The translations under genes and the position numbers were made by a program. Below the pieces are notes generated by a model, which searched no databases, was not told the origin of the DNA, and worked only from the letters and a program-made list of their open reading frames with translations. Of a stretch of 64,000 nt of DNA, positions 47,579 through 58,846 are shown piece by piece; the first letter of the stretch is position 1, and every line of letters begins with the position of its first letter. The stretch is from Escherichia coli (lineage in GTDB: Bacteria > Pseudomonadota > Gammaproteobacteria > Enterobacterales > Enterobacteriaceae). The stretch lies in assembly GCF_003334305.1 (NCBI RefSeq), contig NZ_QOWS01000020.1; one strand, given 5' to 3'.

Positions 47579-47604
47579 CTACCCCAAACTGATTACAAAA
47601 CTTT

Positions 47605-47645
47605 AAAAAGTGCTGGTTTGTGCGAGCCAGCTCAAACTTTTTAAC
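47605..47645 (+). terminator. putative terminator after pdeK
   Basis: GCTGGTTTGTGCGAGCCAGC hairpin followed by a T-rich tract. Confidence 0.5.
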
Positions 47646-47724
47646 CTTTTTGTTTCAATTATGATCCAGGTACATTTCTGTGATGTTGTCTGGGTGTTAT
47701 TTTAAGGCCGCAGGTACCCCATAA

Positions 47725-49047
<1,323 letters not shown>

Positions 49048-49112
49048 TCTCACCACTTATGCCCGCACTCCCTTCCCCGAGTGCGGGTGTTTGCGCATAA
49101 TTGACCCCTGTG

Positions 49113-49149
49113 CCTGAACTTACCACCTGGGTGAGTTCAGGTTTATTTC
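49113..49149 (+). terminator. rho-independent terminator after dctA (a second GC hairpin lies at 49062-49087)
   Basis: CCTGAACT...AGTTCAGG hairpin followed by TTTATTT. Confidence 0.6.
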
Positions 49150-49267
49150 ACTTCTTCCGTGACATTTTCATGTTCTTGCGGTCTAACACGAAGTGTTTTT
49201 AACGTCATTTAGACTGACCGACAACGGGCAGTTTTTTTATTACCAGGATAGTTGATCAGGGGTTCAC

Positions 49268-50764
49268 ATGCAGGGCACAAAAATTCGACTTTTAGCGGGC
49301 GGTTTGCTGATGATGGCCACTGCTGGCTATGTGCAGGCAGATGCGCTCCAGCCTGATCCAGCATGGCAACAGGGGACGCTTTCCAACGGTTTACAGTGGC
49401 AAGTGCTGACCACCCCCCAGCGTCCCAGCGATCGTGTTGAAATTCGCCTGCTGGTTAATACCGGTTCGCTCACCGAAAGTACACAACAGAGCGGTTACAG
49501 TCACGCCATCCCTCGTATTGCGCTAACGCAAAGCGGTGGCCTTGACGCAGCACAGGCGCGTTCATTGTGGCAGCAGGGGATCGACCCTAAACGCCCGATG
49601 CCGCCGGTAATTGTCTCTTATGACACCACGCTGTTTAATCTGAGTTTGCCCAATAACCGTAACGATTTGCTGAAAGAAGCGCTCTCTTATCTGGCAAATG
49701 CCACTGGCAAATTGACCATCACACCAGAAACCATCAACCACGCGCTGCAAAGTCAGGACATGGTGGCAACCTGGCCTGCCGATACTAAAGAGGGCTGGTG
49801 GCGCTATCGTCTGAAAGGGTCAACCTTGTTAGGTCACGATCCTGCCGATCCGCTGAAACAACCCGTTGAAGCGGAAAAAATTAAAGATTTCTATCAGAAA
49901 TGGTACACCCCGGATGCAATGACGCTACTGGTGGTGGGAAACGTGGATGCGCGCTCGGTTGTTGACCAAATAAACAAAACGTTTGGCGAACTGAAAGGCA
50001 AACGTGAAACGCCAGCTCCGGTGCCGACGCTTTCTCCGCTGCGTGCGGAAGCGGTGAGTATTATGACTGACGCGGTGCGTCAGGACCGGTTATCTATCAT
50101 GTGGGATACGCCGTGGCAGCCGATTCGTGAATCAGCCGCACTGCTGCGCTACTGGCGTGCGGACCTGGCCCGCGAGGCGCTGTTCTGGCATGTTCAGCAA
50201 GCGTTAAGCGCCAGTAACAGCAAAGACATCGGTCTTGGATTTGACTGCCGTGTGCTGTATCTGCGTGCGCAGTGTGCCATCAACATCGAATCACCAAACG
50301 ACAAACTGAACAGCAACCTTAATCTGGTGGCGCGTGAACTGGCGAAGGTTCGCGATAAAGGTCTGCCGGAAGAAGAGTTCAATGCGTTAGTGGCGCAAAA
50401 GAAACTGGAGCTGCAGAAACTGTTTGCCGCCTATGCGCGGGCTGATACCGATATTCTGATGGGTCAGCGGATGCGTTCGTTGCAAAATCAGGTCGTCGAT
50501 ATCGCGCCGGAGCAGTATCAGAAACTGCGGCAGGATTTCCTTAACAGCCTGACGGTGGAGATGTTAAATCAGGATCTGCGTCAGCAGTTGTCGAATGATA
50601 TGGCGTTAATACTGCTGCAGCCGAAAGGCGAGCCGGAATTTAACATGAAAGCGTTGCAGGCGGCCTGGGATCAAATCATGGCCCCATCGACTGCTGCTGC
50701 CGCCACCTCTGTCGCCACGGATGACGTACATCCTGAAGTGACGGATATTCCACCTGCACAGTAA
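49268..50764 (+). CDS. yhjJ: periplasmic M16-family peptidase-like protein YhjJ (498 aa)
   Basis: Signal peptide MQGTKIRLLAGGLLMMATAGYVQA; called from synteny and length. Confidence 0.85.
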   Translation: MQGTKIRLLAGGLLMMATAGYVQADALQPDPAWQQGTLSNGLQWQVLTTPQRPSDRVEIRLLVNTGSLTESTQQSGYSHAIPRIALTQSGGLDAAQARSLWQQGIDPKRPMPPVIVSYDTTLFNLSLPNNRNDLLKEALSYLANATGKLTITPETINHALQSQDMVATWPADTKEGWWRYRLKGSTLLGHDPADPLKQPVEAEKIKDFYQKWYTPDAMTLLVVGNVDARSVVDQINKTFGELKGKRETPAPVPTLSPLRAEAVSIMTDAVRQDRLSIMWDTPWQPIRESAALLRYWRADLAREALFWHVQQALSASNSKDIGLGFDCRVLYLRAQCAINIESPNDKLNSNLNLVARELAKVRDKGLPEEEFNALVAQKKLELQKLFAAYARADTDILMGQRMRSLQNQVVDIAPEQYQKLRQDFLNSLTVEMLNQDLRQQLSNDMALILLQPKGEPEFNMKALQAAWDQIMAPSTAAAATSVATDDVHPEVTDIPPAQ

Positions 50765-50766
50765 TG

Positions 50767-50806
50767 CCTGATGGTGATGAGTTAGCACAACCATCAGGTA
50801 TTTATG
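50767..50806 (+). terminator. terminator after yhjJ
   Basis: CCTGATGGT...ACCATCAGG hairpin followed by TATTTA. Confidence 0.55.
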
Positions 50807-50859
50807 GATGAGCTGGATAGAGGGGTAACACTTTATCCAGCCTTTTGCATATGCTGCGT

Positions 50860-51789
50860 TTACGCTGGCATCGCCTCACGCGGGATAATCGCGCCGCGAT
50901 ACTGAATAACGGTACTTGCGGTCAGGTGCCCGCGTTTCGCCGCGTTTTCCGCACTGCCGCCCGTCAAACGTACCGCCAGATAACCGGCGCTGAAAGAGTC
51001 GCCAGCTGCGGTGGTATCGATCACTTTTTCTTTCGGCAGTTTCACCGCCGGAACATCCACTAACCCTTCGCCAGCAATGGACACCAGGCAAGAATCCGCC
51101 CCGCGTTTCACCACCACTTCTTTCACGCCCGCGTTATGGGTGCGCGCAATGACGTCTTCCACCGGCTGTTGACCCCACAGCGCGTCTTCATCGTCCAGCG
51201 TCAGGAAGGCGATATCCGTGCATTCCAGCATTTGTTGGTACACCTGCTGTGTCTCTTCTTTGCTGGCCCACAGGCGCGGACGATAGTTATTGTCGAAAAT
51301 CACTTTTCCGCCGTTGGCGCGGCATTCGCGCAGCAGGGAAAGCAGCTTTTCGCGGCTGGTCGGGCTTAAGATCGCCAGGCTAATCCCGCTCAGGTAGAGA
51401 TAATCGAAATTCGCCAGCTCTTCGCAAATCGCCGCAGACTGCTCACTCTCCAGCCAGAATTTGGCGGCGGCTTCGTTCCGCCAGTAGTAGAACGTACGCT
51501 CGCCGGTGCTGTCGGTTTCAATGTAGTAAAGGCCCGGCAGACGGTTTTCCATCCGTTGGGTCAGGGAAGTATCAACGTTCTCGCCGTGCCAGGCGTCCAG
51601 CATTTGCTGGCTAAAACTGTCCGTTCCCAGCGCCGTTACGTAATGAACGGTTAATGCCGCAGGATCGACCTGACGGGCGATATAGACGGAAGTGTTCAGG
51701 GTATCGCCGCCGAAACCGCGCTTAACGTCCGCGCCTTTCTCGGAAAGCTCAATCATGCATTCGCCAATCACGGCAATCTTTTTGGACAT
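50860..51789 (-). CDS. kdgK: 2-dehydro-3-deoxygluconokinase (309 aa)
   Basis: Track ORF trimmed to MSKKIAVIGECMIELSEKGADVKRGFGGDTLNTSVY...; PfkB-family sugar kinase. Confidence 0.93.
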   Translation of the reverse strand: MSKKIAVIGECMIELSEKGADVKRGFGGDTLNTSVYIARQVDPAALTVHYVTALGTDSFSQQMLDAWHGENVDTSLTQRMENRLPGLYYIETDSTGERTFYYWRNEAAAKFWLESEQSAAICEELANFDYLYLSGISLAILSPTSREKLLSLLRECRANGGKVIFDNNYRPRLWASKEETQQVYQQMLECTDIAFLTLDDEDALWGQQPVEDVIARTHNAGVKEVVVKRGADSCLVSIAGEGLVDVPAVKLPKEKVIDTTAAGDSFSAGYLAVRLTGGSAENAAKRGHLTASTVIQYRGAIIPREAMPA

Positions 51790-51945
51790 AGTCGTGAACC
51801 TGATCTGTAAAAAATTAGCGTTAGTTTGCGCTGTGGTGGTTTGCTGGTCAACCATATTAAAACAGTGTTCCATTATTTTTTTGAGCCAGAACGTATTCCT
51901 GAAAGATTCCGTTGTGGAGTGAGGAAATTTACCCCGGCCAGGCGG

Positions 51946-51972
51946 TAAAGTTCTGCCCTTGCGCGCCGATAA
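51946..51972 (+). promoter_or_regulatory. sigma-28 (FliA)-type promoter upstream of pdeH
   Basis: TAAA (51946-51949), 15-bp spacer, GCCGATAA (51965-51972), 48 bp upstream of the pdeH ATG. Confidence 0.7.
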
Positions 51973-52020
51973 TCTTTGTCGAGTCCGGGCAGCATCACTT
52001 TTAAACACAGGACATCTTTG

Positions 52021-52788
52021 ATGATAAGGCAGGTTATCCAGCGAATAAGCAACCCTGAAGCAAGCATCGAGAGCTTGCAGGAACGGCGTTTTTGGTTGCA
52101 GTGTGAGCGTGCTTACACCTGGCAGCCGATCTATCAAACATGCGGACGGTTAATGGCCGTGGAGCTATTAACGGTGGTCACGCATCCCTTGAACCCTTCG
52201 CAACGCCTGCCGCCGGATCGCTATTTTACTGAAATCACCGTCAGCCATCGGATGGAGGTTGTGAAAGAGCAGATTGATTTGCTGGCGCAAAAAGCCGACT
52301 TCTTTATAGAGCACGGCCTGCTGGCATCGGTCAATATTGATGGCCCTACGCTCATCGCCCTGCGTCAGCAACCAAAAATCCTGCGCCAGATTGAGCGTCT
52401 TCCCTGGCTGCGTTTCGAACTGGTGGAGCATATCCGTCTGCCGAAAGATTCAACCTTTGCCTCGATGTGTGAATTTGGCCCGCTGTGGCTGGATGATTTT
52501 GGTACCGGGATGGCAAATTTCTCTGCACTAAGTGAAGTGCGTTATGACTACATCAAAATCGCGCGAGAACTGTTTGTGATGCTGCGTCAGTCGCCGGAAG
52601 GACGCACACTCTTTTCTCAGCTTTTACATCTAATGAATCGCTATTGTCGCGGGGTGATTGTCGAGGGCGTAGAAACGCCGGAAGAGTGGCGTGATGTTCA
52701 GAACTCGCCCGCATTCGCCGCACAAGGCTGGTTTCTTTCACGCCCGGCACCGATAGAAACGCTGAATACGGCGGTTCTGGCGCTATAA
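52021..52788 (+). CDS. pdeH: c-di-GMP phosphodiesterase PdeH (EAL domain, 255 aa)
   Basis: Track ORF trimmed to MIRQVIQRISNPEASIESLQERRFWLQCERAYTWQPIYQ...; stand-alone EAL domain. Confidence 0.92.
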   Translation: MIRQVIQRISNPEASIESLQERRFWLQCERAYTWQPIYQTCGRLMAVELLTVVTHPLNPSQRLPPDRYFTEITVSHRMEVVKEQIDLLAQKADFFIEHGLLASVNIDGPTLIALRQQPKILRQIERLPWLRFELVEHIRLPKDSTFASMCEFGPLWLDDFGTGMANFSALSEVRYDYIKIARELFVMLRQSPEGRTLFSQLLHLMNRYCRGVIVEGVETPEEWRDVQNSPAFAAQGWFLSRPAPIETLNTAVLAL

Positions 52789-52857
52789 GCTGCCTCATTT
52801 TCCGCCTGGCTGGACTATCTTTAGGACTGGCACAGGAAGAATATGAGGAAGCGAACG

Positions 52858-54918
52858 ATGAGCAAGGCAGGCAAAATAACCGCTGCGATTTCAGTGGCTT
52901 TCTTGTTGTTGATTGTCGTGGCGATCATTTTGATTGCAACTTTTGACTGGAATCGACTCAAACCGACCATCAACCAGAAAGTCTCTGCGGAGTTGAATCG
53001 TCCGTTCGCTATCCGTGGCGATCTGGGCGTGGTGTGGGAGCGGCAAAAACAAGAAACTGGCTGGCGCAGCTGGGTGCCGTGGCCCCATGTACACGCGGAA
53101 GACATCATTCTTGGCAATCCACCGGATATTCCCGAAGTCACGATGGTGCATTTGCCACGCGTAGAGGCAACGCTGGCCCCGCTGGCGCTGCTGACCAAAA
53201 CGGTCTGGCTGCCGTGGATCAAGCTCGAAAAGCCCGACGCGCGCCTGATTCGCCTCTCCGAAAAGAACAATAACTGGACGTTTAATCTCGCCAACGATGA
53301 TAACAAAGACGCGAATGCAAAGCCGTCGGCATGGTCGTTTCGGCTGGATAATATTCTTTTCGATCAAGGGCGGATCGCCATTGATGACAAAGTAAGCAAA
53401 GCGGATCTGGAGATTTTTGTTGATCCGTTAGGCAAGCCGCTGCCGTTCAGCGAAGTTACTGGATCGAAAGGTAAAGCGGATAAAGAAAAGGTGGGCGATT
53501 ACGTTTTTGGCCTGAAGGCGCAGGGACGTTATAACGGTGAACCGCTCACGGGTACGGGAAAAATAGGCGGTATGCTGGCGCTGCGTGGCGAAGGGACGCC
53601 GTTTCCGGTACAGGCTGATTTCCGCTCTGGTAACACCCGTGTTGCTTTTGATGGCGTCGTGAATGACCCAATGAAGATGGGCGGTGTCGATTTACGGCTT
53701 AAATTTTCTGGCGATTCACTGGGTGATCTCTATGAACTGACGGGCGTTCTGCTGCCCGATACCCCGCCATTTGAAACGGATGGTCGGCTGGTAGCGAAAA
53801 TCGACACTGAAAAATCGTCGGTCTTTGATTATCGCGGTTTTAATGGGCGAATTGGCGATAGCGATATCCACGGTTCTCTGGTCTACACCACCGGAAAGCC
53901 ACGACCAAAACTGGAAGGTGATGTCGAGTCGCGGCAATTGCGGCTGGCGGACCTGGGACCGTTAATTGGCGTTGACTCCGGGAAAGGGGCAGAAAAGTCG
54001 AAACGGTCTGAACAGAAGAAGGGCGAAAAAAGCGTTCAGCCTGCGGGCAAAGTGCTGCCTTATGACCGCTTCGAAACCGATAAATGGGACGTTATGGATG
54101 CCGATGTTCGCTTCAAAGGGCGGCGCATTGAGCATGGCAGTAGCCTGCCGATTAGCGATCTTTCTACTCATATCATCCTCAAAAATGCTGACCTGCGCCT
54201 GCAACCGCTGAAATTTGGCATGGCGGGCGGCAGCATTGCGGCGAATATTCATCTGGAAGGCGATAAAAAGCCGATGCAGGGGCGGGCAGATATTCAGGCT
54301 CGTCGACTGAAACTGAAAGAACTGATGCCCGATGTGGAACTGATGCAGAAGACGCTGGGGGAAATGAACGGTGACGCGGAACTACGCGGTAGCGGTAACT
54401 CGGTGGCAGCACTTTTAGGCAACAGTAACGGCAACCTGAAACTGTTGATGAATGACGGGCTGGTGAGCCGCAACCTGATGGAGATTGTTGGGCTGAATGT
54501 CGGCAACTACATTGTCGGTGCGATATTTGGTGACGATGAGGTGCGGGTGAACTGCGCGGCGGCGAATCTGAATATTGCCAACGGCGTGGCGCGCCCGCAG
54601 ATTTTTGCTTTCGATACTGAGAACGCGTTGATTAATGTTACCGGCACGGCAAGTTTTGCTTCGGAACAGCTGGATTTGACTATTGATCCGGAGAGTAAAG
54701 GGATTCGGATTATCACACTGCGTTCGCCGCTGTATGTGCGTGGGACGTTTAAAAATCCGCAGGCTGGGGTGAAAGCCGGGCCGTTGATTGCCCGTGGTGC
54801 TGTTGCTGCGGCACTGGCAACGCTGGTAACACCGGCGGCGGCGTTACTGGCACTGATCTCACCTTCCGAAGGGGAGGCTAATCAGTGTCGGACGATATTG
54901 TCGCAGATGAAGAAGTGA
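52858..54918 (+). CDS. yhjG: AsmA-family protein YhjG (686 aa)
   Basis: MSKAGKITAAISVAFLLLIVVAIILIATFDWNRLKPTINQ...; N-terminal TM anchor and large periplasmic domain. Confidence 0.9.
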   Translation: MSKAGKITAAISVAFLLLIVVAIILIATFDWNRLKPTINQKVSAELNRPFAIRGDLGVVWERQKQETGWRSWVPWPHVHAEDIILGNPPDIPEVTMVHLPRVEATLAPLALLTKTVWLPWIKLEKPDARLIRLSEKNNNWTFNLANDDNKDANAKPSAWSFRLDNILFDQGRIAIDDKVSKADLEIFVDPLGKPLPFSEVTGSKGKADKEKVGDYVFGLKAQGRYNGEPLTGTGKIGGMLALRGEGTPFPVQADFRSGNTRVAFDGVVNDPMKMGGVDLRLKFSGDSLGDLYELTGVLLPDTPPFETDGRLVAKIDTEKSSVFDYRGFNGRIGDSDIHGSLVYTTGKPRPKLEGDVESRQLRLADLGPLIGVDSGKGAEKSKRSEQKKGEKSVQPAGKVLPYDRFETDKWDVMDADVRFKGRRIEHGSSLPISDLSTHIILKNADLRLQPLKFGMAGGSIAANIHLEGDKKPMQGRADIQARRLKLKELMPDVELMQKTLGEMNGDAELRGSGNSVAALLGNSNGNLKLLMNDGLVSRNLMEIVGLNVGNYIVGAIFGDDEVRVNCAAANLNIANGVARPQIFAFDTENALINVTGTASFASEQLDLTIDPESKGIRIITLRSPLYVRGTFKNPQAGVKAGPLIARGAVAAALATLVTPAAALLALISPSEGEANQCRTILSQMKK

Positions 54919-54954
54919 TGAGGTTGGATTGTGTTTGCTGGTGAGTTCGGGAGC

Positions 54955-55145
54955 AGCGTGTTCCCCTCACCCTAACCCTCTCCCCAAAGGGGCGAGGGGA
55001 CTGTTTTGTGCGTGTTGAAACAACGAGTACCGCTTTTCCGTTCACTTTCTGGGGGAGGGCTGTTATGTTCGCGATATAACATCTCGCTCCGCTTTTCTCC
55101 CTCTCCCTTTCAGGGAGAGGGCTGGGGTGAGGGTGGCTGCCCACA
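54955..55145. repeat. pair of GC-rich hairpin repeat units in inverted orientation (unclassified intergenic repeat)
   Basis: Unit 1 CCCCTCACCCTAACCCTCTCCCCAAAGGGGCGAGGGG (~54962-55000) and unit 2 TCCCTCTCCCTTTCAGGGAGAGGGCTGGGGTGAGGG (~55097-55132) are near reverse complements; between convergent yhjG and yhjE. Confidence 0.6.
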
Positions 55146-55151
55146 CGATAC

Positions 55152-56474
55152 TTACAACGACTGATGTCGCGTCTCATGGGTCAGCAGCAGGGCGATTAAC
55201 GTCAAGCCAGCCATCGCCGCCAGATATAACCCCACCGCACCTAACCCGTAGTTAGCCTGCAACCAGGCTGCGATATATGGTGCAACGGAAGCCCCGAGAA
55301 TCGACGCTACGTTGTAAGAGAACGATGCTCCGGTGTAACGCACTTCTGTCGGGAACAGCTCTGGTAACAGCGCGCCCATCGGCCCGAAGGTCAGTCCCAT
55401 CAGACTTAACCCCAGCAGCAGGAAGGCAAAAACCAGAATCGGGTTGCCAGAACCGAGCAGCGGGTTAAAGGCGAACAGCGCGAACAGGATGATCAGCGTG
55501 GTGATGATTACCATGCTTTTACGGCGACCAAAGGCATCAGCCAGTAATCCGGCGACTGGCACCATCACGCCAAAACCAATAACTGCCATCATCAGCATCC
55601 ACAACACTTCGTTACGCGGCAGGCCAAGCCCAACTGGCGCGGCGGCGGTACTGAAGGTCATAGAGTAGACCGTCATGATGTAAAACAGCGTATAGGTTGC
55701 CAGCATAATGAACGTACCCAGTACGGTTACGCGAACATGTTTGGTCAGCAGCGTACCCAGCGGGATCTTCACCTGTTTTTTCGCTTTAGCGACTTTCTCA
55801 AACACCGGCGACTCATGCAGCGACACGCGAACATACAGGCCGATAATGACCAGCACCGCCGAGAAGATAAATGGCACACGCCAGCCCCAGCTCATAAACT
55901 GCTCGTCGGTCAGTAGCCAGGAAAGCAGCAAGAAAGTGCCGTTGGCAAAGAAGAAGCCAATCGGTGCGCCCAGCTGTGGGAAGGAGCCATACAGTGCACG
56001 TTTGCGCGGTGGGGCGTTTTCAGTCGCCAGCAGCGCCGCGCCGCCCCATTCACCGCCTAAGCCCAGACCCTGACCAAATCGAGCCAGCGCCAGCAGCAGC
56101 GGGGCGAAAATACCAATCGTGGCATAGCCCGGCAGCAGACCAATCACCACGGTCGAAATCCCCATCGTTAGCAACGAGGCGACCAGCGTCGCTTTACGCC
56201 CAACGCGATCGCCAAAATGACCAAAAACGGCAGAGCCAATGGGGCGCGCGACGAAGGCGATGGCGAAGGTGGCGAGCGACTGTAGCGTTGCTGCCGTTGG
56301 ATCGCCCTGCGGGAAGAAGATATGCGGAAACACAATAACGGCCGCAGTGGCGTAAATGTAAAAGTCGAAGAACTCAATGGCCGTGCCAATGAGAGAGGCG
56401 ACAAGGACTTTATTACGCGAGTTGATCGGCGTGTATTCTTGCTCGTGGTCGAGTGTTGTGGCTGTTGCTTGCAT
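55152..56474 (-). CDS. yhjE: MFS transporter YhjE (440 aa)
   Basis: MQATATTLDHEQEYTPINSRNKVLVASLIGTAIEFFDFYIYATAAV...; 12-TM metabolite:H+ symporter family. Confidence 0.92.
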   Translation of the reverse strand: MQATATTLDHEQEYTPINSRNKVLVASLIGTAIEFFDFYIYATAAVIVFPHIFFPQGDPTAATLQSLATFAIAFVARPIGSAVFGHFGDRVGRKATLVASLLTMGISTVVIGLLPGYATIGIFAPLLLALARFGQGLGLGGEWGGAALLATENAPPRKRALYGSFPQLGAPIGFFFANGTFLLLSWLLTDEQFMSWGWRVPFIFSAVLVIIGLYVRVSLHESPVFEKVAKAKKQVKIPLGTLLTKHVRVTVLGTFIMLATYTLFYIMTVYSMTFSTAAAPVGLGLPRNEVLWMLMMAVIGFGVMVPVAGLLADAFGRRKSMVIITTLIILFALFAFNPLLGSGNPILVFAFLLLGLSLMGLTFGPMGALLPELFPTEVRYTGASFSYNVASILGASVAPYIAAWLQANYGLGAVGLYLAAMAGLTLIALLLTHETRHQSL

Positions 56475-56785
56475 AATCTTTTCTTATTTTTTGGCTAACG
56501 AATAGCCATATTACGCACAGCAAAAGTGATATTTCAATGTGTAACAAATCGCGGAAATGGTCAAAAACCAGGCAAAAAGGGGATAATGTTTAGGCCAGTG
56601 ATTTTTCTTCTATGAAATGCTTCACATAATTTTATAAATAGTGGATAAAACTGGTTTCAGGTTAAATAAAAGTTACCAACTGGATTTATATGCTGGGGTT
56701 ATGAGTTGGAATGAAATTGTTTGCTCCCAAATAGATGGCTGAAGAGGCTCTGGGGAAGAGTTTCAAGAGGTTATGTGCGCATTAT

Positions 56786-56882
56786 AGCCGGATGCGATGC
56801 TGGCGCATCTTATCCGGCCTACGGGGAGCCAGGCCGAATAAAATCGTATGCCGGATAAGGCGTTTACGCCGCATCCGGCCTA
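56786..56882. repeat. REP / BIME palindromic units
   Basis: GCCGGATGCGATGCTGGCGCATCTTATCCGGCCTAC and TGCCGGATAAGGCGTTTACGCCGCATCCGGCC, canonical REP sequences, immediately downstream of yhjD. Confidence 0.8.
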
Positions 56883-56884
56883 TT

Positions 56885-57898
56885 TTAAGGCTGCGTTTTC
56901 CCTGGCATTCGCGGGTCGTCTTTATATTCGGCGGTGGCAATCCACGCCGCGCAAAACAGCGTCAAACGGGCGAAGAAGTAGAAAAATGCCATCAGCCCCA
57001 GCACGGAACCAAATGCTGCGCCAGAGGGGGATTTCATCAGCGATGGCAAGGTGTAGGTCATCACGATTTTAATCACTTCAAAACCAATAGCAGCCAGAAA
57101 TGTTCCGCGAATCAGGGCTTTTTTGCGCGGACGGTGGCGCGGCAACCGCCAGAAGATCCAGAAGAAAAGCAGATAGTTGGCGAAGATGGAAATCGCCAGG
57201 CCAATCAACCGCCACGTCGGTTTCAGCCACTCAATGCTGTTCAGGTGCAGGGCGCTAATAATCATTTGCTGCGCCGAACCGGCAACCGAGGTGATCGACA
57301 GCGTCACAATCAGCGCAATTAACAAACCAATCAGTGAAATAAAATCACGCAGATATTTTACCCAGAACTTCTCCTGATCTTGCGGCGAGCGTTCCCAGAC
57401 ATCGCGCGACTGGGCACGAATCGCTTCACGCAGGTTACCCATCCAGTTGATGCCAGAATAAAGCGCCACCGCCAGGCCGACAAGCCCTACAGTCGTACGC
57501 TGCTGAACGGCGGTGTTGATGGTGTTTTTCAACGTGGCGGCTAGCGTCGGATCGCTGATGTTTTGCAGAATTTTGTCGAAGATATCCTGTAGCAACATCG
57601 GATGGGAGGCCAGCACAAAGCCCCCTGCGGCAAACGACACCATCAAAATCGGGATCATCGATAAAAATGAGAAATAGGTGATAGCCGCACCAAACTGGTT
57701 ACCCAGCCGATCGTTAAAGCGTTCTGTCGCGCGAATCAGGTGCGCAATAACCGGTTGGCGTTGGACTTTTTCGGCAGTGGTGGTGACGGTTTCCAGCGCC
57801 TGGCTAACTTTGCCGTCTTTCTCGCTATTATCCAACTGCTTAATCGGCTCGTGCTCCAGATCCTGGGTGGGACGTTTGATCTCGTTTTCCTGCGTCAT
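56885..57898 (-). CDS. yhjD: inner membrane protein YhjD (337 aa, YihY/RNase BN-like family)
   Basis: MTQENEIKRPTQDLEHEPIKQLDNSEKDGKVSQALE... followed by multiple TM segments. Confidence 0.9.
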   Translation of the reverse strand: MTQENEIKRPTQDLEHEPIKQLDNSEKDGKVSQALETVTTTAEKVQRQPVIAHLIRATERFNDRLGNQFGAAITYFSFLSMIPILMVSFAAGGFVLASHPMLLQDIFDKILQNISDPTLAATLKNTINTAVQQRTTVGLVGLAVALYSGINWMGNLREAIRAQSRDVWERSPQDQEKFWVKYLRDFISLIGLLIALIVTLSITSVAGSAQQMIISALHLNSIEWLKPTWRLIGLAISIFANYLLFFWIFWRLPRHRPRKKALIRGTFLAAIGFEVIKIVMTYTLPSLMKSPSGAAFGSVLGLMAFFYFFARLTLFCAAWIATAEYKDDPRMPGKTQP

Positions 57899-57946
57899 CC
57901 GCTCTTTTGTCCTTCTGTCGTGGTCATTCTTAAAAAGTATAGTCGG

Positions 57947-58846
57947 TCAGTCCAGGTGCTCTTTCATTACGCCAGCCAGCCACTGCATAAACAGGTTTAC
58001 ACGCCGGGAAAGCTCCCGACGCTGCGGGTAAACCAGCGAAAGGGAGAGCGGCTCGGCACGGTAGCCTGGCAACACTTCAATAAGCCGCCCGGCACGCAGG
58101 GCTTCGCGCACGGCAATGCGCGGGATCTGAATAATCCCCAGACCGGCAAGACCGGCGGCGAGATAGTTTTCGCTACTGTTTACCGTCAACATGCCGCCAG
58201 ACTTAAACCACTGGACGCCATTAACGCTGGCAACCTCAAAACCTAACGGATGTACACCCAGGTGCGGTGTATAACGCACTATTGCGTGTGAAGTCAGATC
58301 ATCGGGGCTTTGCGGATAACCAAAGCGCGTCAGATAGTGCGGACTGGCACAGTTGACCATGGTCAGTTTGCCGAGGGGACGGGCGATAACGCCATCTTCC
58401 GGTAACGCGCCAGTGCGTATCACGCAATCAAAACCATCATGAAGAATATCTACCGGACGGTCATGGCTACTCAGTTCCAGCTCAATTCCCGGATGCAGAT
58501 AGAGAAATTCCGACAGGCGCGGCAGTAACAGGCTTTTCGCGATTCCTGGCGGGATGTCGATGCGTAATTTACCGCTGATACTGGTGGCATCCTGTTGAAA
58601 CAGACCGTCCAGTTCGCTGAGATTACTCAACACATCTTTTGCTCGTTGATAATAGGTCATGCCTTCTGGCGTGAGTTTGACCCGTCGCGTGGTGCGCTGG
58701 AGAAGCTGGGTGCCAAGTTGATGTTCCAGTGCCTGTATCTGGCGCGAAACACTTCCTTTTGGCAAAGCAAAGAAATCCGCCGCGCGGGAAAAACTTTCCA
58801 GCTCCGCGACTTTGATGAACAACTGCATTGCGTGAATTTTATCCAT
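57947..58846 (-). CDS. yhjC: LysR-family transcriptional regulator YhjC (299 aa)
   Basis: Track ORF trimmed to MDKIHAMQLFIKVAELESFSRAADFFALPKGSVSRQIQALEHQLGTQLL (LysR HTH). Confidence 0.9.
   Translation of the reverse strand: MDKIHAMQLFIKVAELESFSRAADFFALPKGSVSRQIQALEHQLGTQLLQRTTRRVKLTPEGMTYYQRAKDVLSNLSELDGLFQQDATSISGKLRIDIPPGIAKSLLLPRLSEFLYLHPGIELELSSHDRPVDILHDGFDCVIRTGALPEDGVIARPLGKLTMVNCASPHYLTRFGYPQSPDDLTSHAIVRYTPHLGVHPLGFEVASVNGVQWFKSGGMLTVNSSENYLAAGLAGLGIIQIPRIAVREALRAGRLIEVLPGYRAEPLSLSLVYPQRRELSRRVNLFMQWLAGVMKEHLD

Noticed and set aside
56735-57322. 195-aa plus-strand ORF and the smaller 56848-57072 ORF
   Set aside because: They start inside REP elements and run antisense to yhjD; the translation is Arg-rich low complexity.
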